A program made the position numbers and the translations under genes. Positions 28,079-37,184 of a stretch of 64,000 nucleotides of DNA are shown in pieces. The notes below the pieces were generated by a model, which was not told the DNA's origin, searched no databases, and worked only from the letters and a program-made list of their open reading frames with translations. Origin of the DNA: Terrimicrobiaceae bacterium (GTDB lineage: Bacteria > Verrucomicrobiota > Verrucomicrobiia > Chthoniobacterales > Terrimicrobiaceae); assembly GCA_041752695.1 (NCBI GenBank), contig JBGSVZ010000028.1:1-64000 (forward strand), given 5' to 3'. The number at the start of each line of letters is the position of its first letter. Position 1 is the stretch's first letter.

Positions 28079-29340
28079 TGCAGGCGCTCCCCGGTTTCCG
28101 GGATTTTTATCCCGACGCCTGCGCGCGGCGGAATTACATTCTGTCCACCTGGCGCGAGGTGGCTCGACGTTATGGCTACGTGGAATATGACGGGCCGGTC
28201 CTGGAGTCGGTCGAGCTTTACAAAAAAAAGAGCGGCGGCGAACTCGTCGGTCAGCTTTTCGACTTTGTGGACAAAGGCGAACGTCATGTGACGATGCGCC
28301 CGGAAATGACTCCCACGCTGGTCCGCATGGTGGCGGCGCGGGCGAAGGACTTTAAGAAACCCCTCAAGTGGTTCTGCTGTCCGCAGTTTTTCCGCTACGA
28401 AAAGCAGCAGCGCGGCCGCGGGCGGGAGTTTTATCAGTTTAATGCCGACATTCTCGGCGAAGGCTCGCAAGCGGCGGACGCGGAGTTGCTTGCGCTGGTC
28501 GTGGACTTGCTCCGGGCGTTCGGATTTTCCAGCAAAGATTTTGTGGTGCGGCTGAGCAGCCGGGCGGCGTGGCAGGAGTTTTTTGCCCAGGCTGGAGGAA
28601 GGGCCGAGGACGAATACGAGTTTTTCCAGATCGTGGACAAGGCCGAACGCACGGCACCGGAAAAAACCAATGAGGCACTGGCGAAGTTCGGGCTGTCCGG
28701 TCTCACGGCCGAGAGCCTTCTGGGATTTATGCACAGCAAGGAGCCCGGCGGCCTGGCTCCCATTCTTGATGACCTCGCGGCGCGCGGGCTGGGGGAATAT
28801 GTCGACGTGGATTATGCCATTGTGCGCGGACTTGCCTACTACACGGGCGTGGTCTGGGAGGTCTTCGACCGCAGCAAAAATGAACGCGCCCTGGCGGGTG
28901 GGGGACGGTATGACAATCTGCTGGGGCTTTTGAGCGACGGCAGGGTGGACCTGCCCGCCCTCGGCTTTGGCATGGGCGACATCGTGCTCGACAACCTGAT
29001 CGACGATACCCCGGCGGCGAAAGAAAAGCGGGACGCATGGACCGCCCAACAGCGGGCCTGTGACATCTATGTGATCGTGGCCAAGGAGGAACTGCGTCCC
29101 GCGGCGCTCGGCATCGTGCAAAGCCTCCGAGAAGCCGGCCTGCGCGTCGATTTTTCCCTGGCCCCGGCCAAGGTGGGCAAACAGTTCCAATCCGCCGAAA
29201 CCCTCGGCGCTGAGCTGGCCGTGCTGGTCGGCGAGGAATGGCCGCAGGTGAAGGTGAAAACGCTGGCGACCCGCAGCGAGGAACTCATCCCCAACACGGA
29301 GCTTGCCGACTGGCTCCGAAATCGCCAAAAAGACACCTAA
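28078..29340 (+). CDS. hisS: Histidine-tRNA ligase
   Basis: PGFRDFYP, MRPEMTP, FRYEKQQRGRGREFYQ, VRGLAYYTG, GGGRYD, anticodon domain. Confidence 0.97.
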   Translation: MQALPGFRDFYPDACARRNYILSTWREVARRYGYVEYDGPVLESVELYKKKSGGELVGQLFDFVDKGERHVTMRPEMTPTLVRMVAARAKDFKKPLKWFCCPQFFRYEKQQRGRGREFYQFNADILGEGSQAADAELLALVVDLLRAFGFSSKDFVVRLSSRAAWQEFFAQAGGRAEDEYEFFQIVDKAERTAPEKTNEALAKFGLSGLTAESLLGFMHSKEPGGLAPILDDLAARGLGEYVDVDYAIVRGLAYYTGVVWEVFDRSKNERALAGGGRYDNLLGLLSDGRVDLPALGFGMGDIVLDNLIDDTPAAKEKRDAWTAQQRACDIYVIVAKEELRPAALGIVQSLREAGLRVDFSLAPAKVGKQFQSAETLGAELAVLVGEEWPQVKVKTLATRSEELIPNTELADWLRNRQKDT

Positions 29341-29423
29341 CCACAGGGAGCACCGCCGACGTCAAGCAGGGGAAACCCAGACTTTTCGTCCCCGCTGCTT
29401 CCTGTGGTTAATTTTTCAACTTT

Positions 29424-31193
29424 ATGACTTACCGTTCACATCATTGCGGCGCTTTGCGCAAAACCGACGCGGGTTCCCGTGCCACTCTTTGCGGCTGGGT
29501 GGATTCCCGCCGCGACCATGGCGGCGTGGTTTTTATTGATCTGCGCGATCGCAATGGCATCACCCAGGTGGTTTTCCGGCCCGAGGAACACCCCGAAGCC
29601 GCCACCGCGGCGCATGGCCTCCGCAGCGAAGATGTCCTGCAACTCGCCGGAACCGTCGTGCCCCGCCTGGAAGGCACCGTGAACAGCAAACTTGCCACGG
29701 GCGACATCGAAATTGTGGCCGACACGCTGACCATTCTGAACAAATCCGACGTGCTGCCGTTCCCGCTCGACGAGGATTCTGTGAACGAGGATCTCCGGCT
29801 GGAACACCGCTATCTTGACCTCCGTCGGCCGAGCATGGTGCGCAATCTCACCGTGCGTCACAAGGTGATCAAGGCCACCCGCGATTATTTTGACGCGCAG
29901 GGTTTTCTGGAAATTGAAACCCCGGTTCTGTCGAAGAGCACGCCGGAGGGCGCGCGGGAATTTCTCGTCCCGAGCCGCATTTTCCAAGGCAGCTTCTACG
30001 CCCTGTCCCAGTCGCCGCAGCAATACAAACAGCTCCTCATGGTGGGCGGCATCGAAAAATATTTTCAGATCGCCAAGTGCTTTCGCGATGAAGATCCCCG
30101 CGCGGATCGCATCACGGAACTCACCCAAATCGACCTGGAGGCTTCCTTCATCACGCCCGACGATATTTACACGCTGATCGAAGGCTTGTTGGTTGACGTC
30201 TTCCGCTCGGCCCGTGGCGTTGAGATTCCCACGCCGTTTGATCGCCTCACCTATGACGAGGCGATGAACCGCTACGGCGTGGATAAGCCCGACCGGCGTT
30301 TCGGCCTCGAACTCGTGGACGTGGGCGACGTTTTTGGCGAGAGCCAGTTCAAAGTTTTCCGCGGCGCCCTCGATTCGGGCGGCGTGGTGAAAGCCATTAA
30401 CGCCAAGAGTTTTGCCAGCATCACGACCGGACAGATCGAAAACCTCACCGAACTGGCCAAACAGTCCGGCGCCAAGGGCCTCGCTTTCATCAAGGTCGAA
30501 AACGGCGAGTGGAAATCCCCCATTGTGAAATTTTTCAGCGAGGCCGAAAAAGCTGCGCTCACCGAACGCCTCGCCATCGAGGAAGGAGACCTCATCCTCT
30601 TTGGGGCCGATGGCTGGGAAGCGGTTTGCACGGTGCTCGGTCGCATCCGCCTCCGGGTCGCGGAGATTCTCAAGTTGGTCAAGGATCCGTCTGAACTCAA
30701 TTTTCTCTGGGTGGTCGATTTTCCGTTGCTGGCGTATAGCGCCGAGGAGCAGAAATGGAACGCCGTCCATCATCCCTTCACCCGGCCGAAAACCGAGGAC
30801 GTGCCGCTCATCGAGGCAGGCGAATACGCCAAAGTGCGCGCGCAGGCTTATGACGTGGTCCTGAACGGCGTGGAAATCGGCGGCGGCAGCATCCGGATCC
30901 ACGAGGCGGATCTCCAGGCGAAAATGTTCGAGGTTCTCGGCATCTCCCCGGAAAAACAACAGCTCCTGTTCCCGCATCTGCTCAAAGCCTTCAAATTCGG
31001 CGCGCCCCCGCATGGCGGCGTCGCTCTCGGCGTGGACCGCCTTGTTATGCTCGCCGTCGGCACAGAGAACATTCGTGATGTCGTCGCCTTCCCGAAAAAC
31101 AACCGCGGGGAAGACCTCATGATGGCGTCGCCGACGCCGGTCGAACCCCGCCAGTTGCGGGACCTCGGGTTGCAGGTGACCAAGAAGGCGTAG
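29424..31193 (+). CDS. aspS: Aspartate-tRNA ligase, probably non-discriminating (Asp/Asn)
   Basis: RDHGGVVFIDLRD, STPEGAREFLVPSR, QSPQQYKQLLM, GAPPHGG. His in RDHGG and Gly in EGTVN match non-discriminating signatures. Confidence 0.97.
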   Translation: MTYRSHHCGALRKTDAGSRATLCGWVDSRRDHGGVVFIDLRDRNGITQVVFRPEEHPEAATAAHGLRSEDVLQLAGTVVPRLEGTVNSKLATGDIEIVADTLTILNKSDVLPFPLDEDSVNEDLRLEHRYLDLRRPSMVRNLTVRHKVIKATRDYFDAQGFLEIETPVLSKSTPEGAREFLVPSRIFQGSFYALSQSPQQYKQLLMVGGIEKYFQIAKCFRDEDPRADRITELTQIDLEASFITPDDIYTLIEGLLVDVFRSARGVEIPTPFDRLTYDEAMNRYGVDKPDRRFGLELVDVGDVFGESQFKVFRGALDSGGVVKAINAKSFASITTGQIENLTELAKQSGAKGLAFIKVENGEWKSPIVKFFSEAEKAALTERLAIEEGDLILFGADGWEAVCTVLGRIRLRVAEILKLVKDPSELNFLWVVDFPLLAYSAEEQKWNAVHHPFTRPKTEDVPLIEAGEYAKVRAQAYDVVLNGVEIGGGSIRIHEADLQAKMFEVLGISPEKQQLLFPHLLKAFKFGAPPHGGVALGVDRLVMLAVGTENIRDVVAFPKNNRGEDLMMASPTPVEPRQLRDLGLQVTKKA

Positions 31194-31223
31194 CTCCAGG
31201 CCGGGGCGGATTTTCCTCCCGAC

Positions 31224-31766
31224 TCAGTGCGCTCCCTGCAGGACGATTTCTGTGATGGCGGCGGTCGGGAATTTTGTTCCGGGGTAGATTTCCAATATCT
31301 CCAGGCTGAGGGTGTCGCCGACATTGAGAAAGATGTCGTCGAACTCCGCCTGCTGCCAGCGTCGTGTGTCGTCCCAGTGGATGGTGTGCACGGGTTTTCC
31401 ATTATGCGAGAGCCGCAGGCTTTTGATCCGGCCATATTCGGCGAAGGCCGCCGCCGGGCGCTGACGGCCGTTGGCCAGGTCGATGCCGTAAAAGGGCGTG
31501 CCATTGAGTTCGCGGGGCAGATCCTTGGGAAACTGGAACACCAGCATGTCGCCGACCCGGGCACCGGTCCAAGCCGTGCCGGCTTCGCTGTCGTTCAGAG
31601 CCGCCAGTTTCTCGTTGGACGCTTCGGCATTCCAGGGGAAAGAACAGGTGAGGGAACAGCCGCCCATCAATTCCTGGACCACCGGTGGACCGGGGCTGGC
31701 CCGGATGTCGGAGGCCACCGCAAGGCCGCTTGCGGAAACCGTCAAGGCGAGCAGCAGAAAAATCAT
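31224..31766 (-). CDS. Secreted discoidin/NADase-type glycan-binding-like protein
   Basis: Signal peptide, NDSEAGTAW, GRIKSLRL, LEILEIYPGTKF..AAITEI. Confidence 0.65.
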   Translation of the reverse strand: MIFLLLALTVSASGLAVASDIRASPGPPVVQELMGGCSLTCSFPWNAEASNEKLAALNDSEAGTAWTGARVGDMLVFQFPKDLPRELNGTPFYGIDLANGRQRPAAAFAEYGRIKSLRLSHNGKPVHTIHWDDTRRWQQAEFDDIFLNVGDTLSLEILEIYPGTKFPTAAITEIVLQGAH

Positions 31767-31873
31767 CCAGCTGATCGTATCGCCGAAAGTGCCCCCTCAC
31801 AAGAAATCCCCGTGCGCGAAAAAATGAGGATAACGGGAAACTTCAATTTGCCCGGGGAGTTCAATCTTTCACC

Positions 31874-32842
31874 ATGACTAAGACCCTCCTCTTTGCCTCG
31901 CTGTTCATGACGGTCTTCAATGTCTGCGGCCAGACCCCGCCTGCCCAGCCCGCCACCGGTCCCGGCGGCCGGGACTATGTGCATGGAAAAGTCTCCCGTT
32001 CCGGACCCTTTGGCAAAGGGGCACTGGCGTATTATCTTTTCGAACCCGCCCAACCGAAGCCCCGCCTGGCCCCGGTCGTAGTTTTCCTGCACGGGTATCA
32101 GGCCGTCAGTCCGGACGCCTACCTTGGATGGATCGGACACTTGGTGCGGCGGGGCAATACGGTCGTTTTCCCGGTGTACCAAAACTCTGCCGGTGACGCT
32201 GTGTCCTATACGGGCAACGCCATTTCCACCATCCAGTCAGCTCTGGAGCGGCTTCGCACGCAATCCGGCCGCGTCCGACCTGAGGCCGGAAAGTTTGCCT
32301 TGGTGGGGCATTCGCTCGGCGCGACTCTCGCCGCGAACGTGGCGGGTCTGGCGGCGGATCGCGGGCTGCCGACACCTGGAGCCGTGTTCTTAGCGAATGC
32401 GGGTGACGCAAATTCGCTACTTCCAGGTATCCCGTCCGTCCTGCTGCCTCCGGAGAATATTCCCAATCTCCTAATGATCGGAGTGGTCGGAGAGGAGGAC
32501 GTTGTCACCGGTGATGGTCCGACAGTTTGGGTTCTGGACGGTGCATCCGGGGTGCCGCCGGAAAACCGTAATCTAATTCGTCTGCGGACGGACGACTACG
32601 GCACGCCGGACTTGCTGGCCGATCACGGTGCCCCGCTGTCCACCACGGCGGGCGGACGCCGTAGCAACGGAGCGGACGCCTTCGACTTTCTCGGATATTG
32701 GAAATGGCTGGACGCCCTGCTGGATGCGGCATTCCGGGGCGAGAATCGGAACGTCGCCCTCGGGGATTCCGAAGAGCAACGGTTCCTCGGACAATGGAGT
32801 GATGGCACTCCCGTGACCGAGCCCCTGGTGGAAACGTATTAG
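31874..32842 (+). CDS. Secreted alpha/beta hydrolase
   Basis: PVVVFLHGY, GHSLG nucleophile, signal peptide. Confidence 0.85.
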   Translation: MTKTLLFASLFMTVFNVCGQTPPAQPATGPGGRDYVHGKVSRSGPFGKGALAYYLFEPAQPKPRLAPVVVFLHGYQAVSPDAYLGWIGHLVRRGNTVVFPVYQNSAGDAVSYTGNAISTIQSALERLRTQSGRVRPEAGKFALVGHSLGATLAANVAGLAADRGLPTPGAVFLANAGDANSLLPGIPSVLLPPENIPNLLMIGVVGEEDVVTGDGPTVWVLDGASGVPPENRNLIRLRTDDYGTPDLLADHGAPLSTTAGGRRSNGADAFDFLGYWKWLDALLDAAFRGENRNVALGDSEEQRFLGQWSDGTPVTEPLVETY

Positions 32843-32881
32843 TCCTGCCCTAGGGCGCGGCTGCTGGAAGTTGTCAGTCCC

Positions 32882-34078
32882 TTACGCCGCAGGCGGAAGG
32901 CTGGGAATGGCGCGCATCGGTTCCGCTTCCGCGTCGTAATTCACTCCTTCCAACCCGAAACCGAAGAGTCGGTAAAATTCGCTTTGGTAACCGGCGAAAT
33001 CCGAAACCTCGTCGATCGTTTCGGTGGAAACGGTCTCCCAGACTTTCTGCACCTCGGACTGCACGTCCTCCCGCATTTCCCAGTCGTCAATCCTGACGCG
33101 TCCTTTGTCGTCAAGCCGGGGGCCGGTGGGTGAACCGTAGTGGTCCGCGAAGAGCCGATGGATCTGCTCGATGCAGCCCTCGTGCAGGCCCTTTGCTTTC
33201 ATCACTTTGTAAAGAATCGAAATGTAAAGCGGCACGACAGGGATCGCCGAACTGGCCTGAGTGACAAGAGCTTTGTTCACCGAAACCAAGGCAGTCCCCG
33301 CGCCGAACCGGGCGTTCATGGCTTTCGCCGTCTCCTCCAGATGTTGTTTGGCCCGGCCGATGGTGCCGTCGGTGTAAATGGCCCAGGTCAATTCGGGCCC
33401 GATATAGGAATAAGCGGCGGTTTTGAATCCGTCCGCGAGCACTCCGGCCTCCGCCATGGCATCGATCCAAAGCTGCCAGTCCTCTCCGCCCATTACCTTT
33501 ACGGTATGAAGAATTTCCTCCTCGGTGGCAGGTTCAATCGTCACCGTCTCAATCGTTTTTTTATCAGTGTTGAGATTTTTGTTGGTGAAGGTTTCGCCAG
33601 TGGGTTTCAGCACGGACCGATACACGTCGCCTGTCACCGGGTCGGTTCGGCGCGGAGAGGCCAGGCTGTAGATGATCATGTCGATCTGCCCGAGATCTGC
33701 CTTGATCGCCGCGATCACCGCCTGCTTCATCTCCGGAGAAAACGCGTCGCCGTTGAAACTCCTGGCGTAGAGCCCGTCCTGCTTGGCAGCCTCCTCGAAA
33801 GCTGCGGAGTTATACCACCCGGCTGATGCCGTTTTTTTCTCCACGGGCTCTTTCTCGAAAAAGACGCCCACCGTGGAGGCCCCGCCGCCGAAGGCCGCGA
33901 CGATCCGGGAAGCCAGACCGTAGCCGGTGGACGAGCCCACCACCAAAACCCGCTTGGGAGCGTCCTCCAGCGGACGCTGGGATTTCACGTAGGTGATCTG
34001 TTCCTGCACATGGGCCGCGCATCCGTCGGGATGAGCTGTCGTGCAAATGAAACCGCGAATCTTTGGGGTGATAATCAT
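32882..34078 (-). CDS. fabV: Enoyl-[ACP] reductase FabV / trans-2-enoyl-CoA reductase
   Basis: MIITPKIRGFICTTAHPDGC, GSSTGYGLASRI, YSLASPRR, VMGGEDW, GTIGRAK. Confidence 0.96.
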   Translation of the reverse strand: MIITPKIRGFICTTAHPDGCAAHVQEQITYVKSQRPLEDAPKRVLVVGSSTGYGLASRIVAAFGGGASTVGVFFEKEPVEKKTASAGWYNSAAFEEAAKQDGLYARSFNGDAFSPEMKQAVIAAIKADLGQIDMIIYSLASPRRTDPVTGDVYRSVLKPTGETFTNKNLNTDKKTIETVTIEPATEEEILHTVKVMGGEDWQLWIDAMAEAGVLADGFKTAAYSYIGPELTWAIYTDGTIGRAKQHLEETAKAMNARFGAGTALVSVNKALVTQASSAIPVVPLYISILYKVMKAKGLHEGCIEQIHRLFADHYGSPTGPRLDDKGRVRIDDWEMREDVQSEVQKVWETVSTETIDEVSDFAGYQSEFYRLFGFGLEGVNYDAEAEPMRAIPSLPPAA

Positions 34079-34178
34079 CGTGCTCGCTTCTGAGGATTTT
34101 CGCGCCCGTTGGCAAGACTTTGCGCGCCTGATGGCGGCATCTTGACGCCGGGGCAGGGGTCTGTCAGGTTCGGACTTT

Positions 34179-34568
34179 ATGACGAAAAATTTGCGGCCGG
34201 CGACGGGTTGGGTTCTTGCCCTGGTAGTGATGATAAGCGCGGTGGCCACAGGCTTGGCGGCCAGCGACCTCGATTTCACCATCGTGAACAAAACGGGTTA
34301 TGCCATCCGGGAGATTTATATTGCCCCTTCGTCCCAGGAGGAGTGGACGGAAGACGATAAAAATGTGCTGCCCCGCAGCTTGAAGGACGAGGAGAGCGTC
34401 GACATTACCTTCAGCCCCAAGGCGACGGCGGCCAAATGGGATCTCAAAATTGTTTGGGTGGACGGGGGCGACGCGGTCGAGTGGCTCGGATTTGATCTGA
34501 CGGAAATTTCCAAAATCACCCTTTTCTACGACGAAAAATCGGAAAAGACGACGGCCGAGACCGAATAG
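34179..34568 (+). CDS. Small secreted beta-rich protein of unknown function
   Basis: Signal peptide, DFTIVNKTGYAIREIYIAPS, WDLKIVWVDG. Confidence 0.8.
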   Translation: MTKNLRPATGWVLALVVMISAVATGLAASDLDFTIVNKTGYAIREIYIAPSSQEEWTEDDKNVLPRSLKDEESVDITFSPKATAAKWDLKIVWVDGGDAVEWLGFDLTEISKITLFYDEKSEKTTAETE

Positions 34569-34594
34569 ACGAAAAGCCGAACACCAAATTTTTT

Positions 34595-34684
34595 ATGGGC
34601 AAAGGTAATAATAGCAAACGCAAGGAAGTGAAAAAACCCAAGCAGGAGAAACCCAAGCCGCAACCCGGCGGCAAGAGGGCCTGA
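34595..34684 (+). CDS. 29-aa lysine-rich small protein (absent from the ORF track)
   Basis: MGKGNNSKRKEVKKPKQEKPKPQPGGKRA, preceded by an AT-rich leader and occupying the intergenic gap. Confidence 0.55.
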   Translation: MGKGNNSKRKEVKKPKQEKPKPQPGGKRA

Positions 34685-34763
34685 TCACCTCCGTTTCGGA
34701 ATTTTTCCCGCGATTCCACTTCAGGAATCGCGGTCAACAGGGAATGCGCCCCGGGGGTTTTTC

Positions 34764-36299
34764 GTGAAAAAAGAAAATCCCTCCAAGGAGTTATACCAAC
34801 GGTTGCGGCGGCTTTCCTGCGAGCAACTTTGGTCCACAGAGGTGACGGCCTTTGACCGGGCGGATCGGCCCGGCCGTTTGCAAAACGTCGCGGTGGTTCG
34901 TGCGGTCGGGGTGGTATTTTCCGAATCGGGAACGCCGGATGAGCAGGAGCGTGCGCGGGCGTGGCTGCGTGCCCTGCTGCGTGATCCCGAGGAAAAAGTC
35001 CGCCGTTACGCCATGAATGCCCTGCCCAAGTTGGGGGGCGCGTCCGGGGAGGAAGGCGAATTGCTGTCGCTCCTGGAAACAACCTCTTCGGAGCGGGAGA
35101 AATATTCCCTGGCCCGGACTCTGGAAAAGATCGGCGGCAGTGAGACCCTGGGCACGGCGGAAGGCCGGCTCGCTCCGCAAATTCTGCGCAAGGTGGCGGC
35201 CAATGTGGCCCGGGTGGAAAACCCCAGCAGGGTGCGAATGGATGGGGCGCTGGGCGACTTTGCCGGGTTGAATATTCATCTGCATTGCCGCGAGGGGCTG
35301 GAGGAAATTGTCGCGGCGGAGGTGGACCAAAGGGTCCGCGAGGGAGCGCCGTTTCGCCGCGTTCGTTGCAGCGAGGGCCTCGTGACGGTCACGCCCCGGG
35401 GTCCTTTTACGCTGGGTGATCTTTTTGCCCTCCGGTGTTTCGGGTATCTGGGAATCGAGCCGGGAAAGGTCTCATCCGCGTCACCGGATGAAGTGGAAAA
35501 TCTGGCCGCGGTCCTGGCATCGCCCGACACGCTCCGCGTGCTGGAGGCGTTCACCGAGGGGCCATTGCGCTACCGGCTGGAATTTGTTTCGAAGGGTCAT
35601 CAGCGCTCAACCGTAAGGCGGTTGGGGGATCGGGTGTATGCCCTGAATCCAGCCCTGTTAAACGATTCGCGCGATGCGCCATGGCAGATTAACGTCCGCC
35701 ATCACTCGCGCGGGTGTTCGCTGGAAGTCACGCCCCGACTGCGTCCCGATCCGCGTTTTGCCTATCGCCTGGGAGATGTGCCGGCCGCCTCGCATCCTCC
35801 GCTGGCGGCCTGTCTGGCCCGCATCGCCGGCAAGGTGTCCGAGGAAATCGTCTGGGATCCTTTTTGCGGCTCCGGCCTGGAACTCATCGAACGCTCCCTC
35901 CTGGGCGGAGTCGTTCGGGTGTTCGGCACCGACCTCAGTGCCGGCGCGCTGGAAATGGCCGGGCTCAATCTGGCGGAGGCGGTGGCCGACGTTCCGGTGA
36001 CGCTGGCGTGTTGCGATTTTCGGGACCACGCCTCGGTGGAGGGATTGGGCGTGAACTCGGTGTCTCTGGTGGTGACCAATCCGCCGCTGGGCCGACGGGT
36101 TCCGATTTCCGATTTGCCGGGGTTGATCTATTCGCTCTTCACTGCGGCTGTTCGGGTGCTCCGGCCCGGAGGCCGACTCGTTTTTGTCAATCCGACCTCC
36201 GCTCATCCCGGGGGCCTGCCGCTCCGGCAGGACGACCGCCGCCGCATCGACCTCGGGGGGTTCCACTGCCATCTGGAGCGCTACACGAAGGTGGGTTAA
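34764..36299 (+). CDS. Class I SAM methyltransferase (RlmL/Trm14-like) with N-terminal HEAT-like repeats
   Basis: LLRDPEEKVRRYAMNALPKLG; ASHPPLAACL, WDPFCGSG, GTD, VTNPPLGRR. Confidence 0.8.
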   Translation: MKKENPSKELYQRLRRLSCEQLWSTEVTAFDRADRPGRLQNVAVVRAVGVVFSESGTPDEQERARAWLRALLRDPEEKVRRYAMNALPKLGGASGEEGELLSLLETTSSEREKYSLARTLEKIGGSETLGTAEGRLAPQILRKVAANVARVENPSRVRMDGALGDFAGLNIHLHCREGLEEIVAAEVDQRVREGAPFRRVRCSEGLVTVTPRGPFTLGDLFALRCFGYLGIEPGKVSSASPDEVENLAAVLASPDTLRVLEAFTEGPLRYRLEFVSKGHQRSTVRRLGDRVYALNPALLNDSRDAPWQINVRHHSRGCSLEVTPRLRPDPRFAYRLGDVPAASHPPLAACLARIAGKVSEEIVWDPFCGSGLELIERSLLGGVVRVFGTDLSAGALEMAGLNLAEAVADVPVTLACCDFRDHASVEGLGVNSVSLVVTNPPLGRRVPISDLPGLIYSLFTAAVRVLRPGGRLVFVNPTSAHPGGLPLRQDDRRRIDLGGFHCHLERYTKVG

Positions 36300-37177
36300 T
36301 TCGCCGGCCAAACCGCCTCCAGCAAACCGTCCGGAATCCCGACAGGTTGGGGGAGTTTTTTCACCGCGTCCTGCCATTCCGGAGGCATGGGAGGATCTTC
36401 GCCGCTTCGTGTGCCTCCGGCGATTTTTCCGGAAATGGCAAAGGCCACGGGTCCTTCCGTGACCTGCACGGGAGGGATTGCCTCCAGTTTTTCGCGCAGG
36501 GACTGCAGCGTCTTGGCGTCCAGGTTTGAGCCCGAGAGCCAGACCCGGGACTTCCCGCCGGGCCGCACTGCCACCACCACGTCGAGAGTGTCGGCCCGGG
36601 TGGTTTCCGCAAAAGTTTCGGAGACGGTGGTTTGTAATTTTTCCAGGTAGGCCGCGAGGTGTCCCGCGCCCGGCAAACGTTTCTGCACTACGTCGTCGGG
36701 TTGATAGAGCACGATATTTGTGGTCTCGAAACCCGACCTGACGATGTCGAACTTAAATTCCTGGGCAGCCGTCGTCGCCACGGGTTTTCCCTTCACTGTT
36801 CCCGGGACAAAACGCCACTCGTCCATTGCGGCTAAGGCGGTCTGATTGAGCGCCTCGTGAGTTGTCCTTAGCACCACCGGATGTTCCACCAGACCCTCCG
36901 CCGAGATGATGTATGCAATGAGAACATATCCCTCGAGGGGTTCACCCTCGGGCGATTGCGCGGCGGTGGGCAGGGTTCCCACGACAGGTTTGGGCGACAC
37001 ATATCCCGCCGCAGCGGTGATGTCCGTCACGGCAAACTTCTCCGCGTAGATTTTTTTTACCGCACGGTCCAACGGCGTATCCCCGGCTTCCGCGTTGTTG
37101 TACACCACCGGTTTCTGCTGGGCCTGGGCGATGCATCCGAAAGCCAGCGATACCACCAGAACGAGAAGCGTTTTCAC
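36296..37177 (-). CDS. Secreted protein with a TonB C-terminal domain
   Basis: EGYVLIAYIISAEGLVE...LNQTALAAMDEWRFVPGTVKGKPV. GTG start with signal peptide, 8 nt after the upstream gene's stop. Confidence 0.75.
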   Translation of the reverse strand: MKTLLVLVVSLAFGCIAQAQQKPVVYNNAEAGDTPLDRAVKKIYAEKFAVTDITAAAGYVSPKPVVGTLPTAAQSPEGEPLEGYVLIAYIISAEGLVEHPVVLRTTHEALNQTALAAMDEWRFVPGTVKGKPVATTAAQEFKFDIVRSGFETTNIVLYQPDDVVQKRLPGAGHLAAYLEKLQTTVSETFAETTRADTLDVVVAVRPGGKSRVWLSGSNLDAKTLQSLREKLEAIPPVQVTEGPVAFAISGKIAGGTRSGEDPPMPPEWQDAVKKLPQPVGIPDGLLEAVWPAN

Positions 37178-37184
37178 CCCGCGA

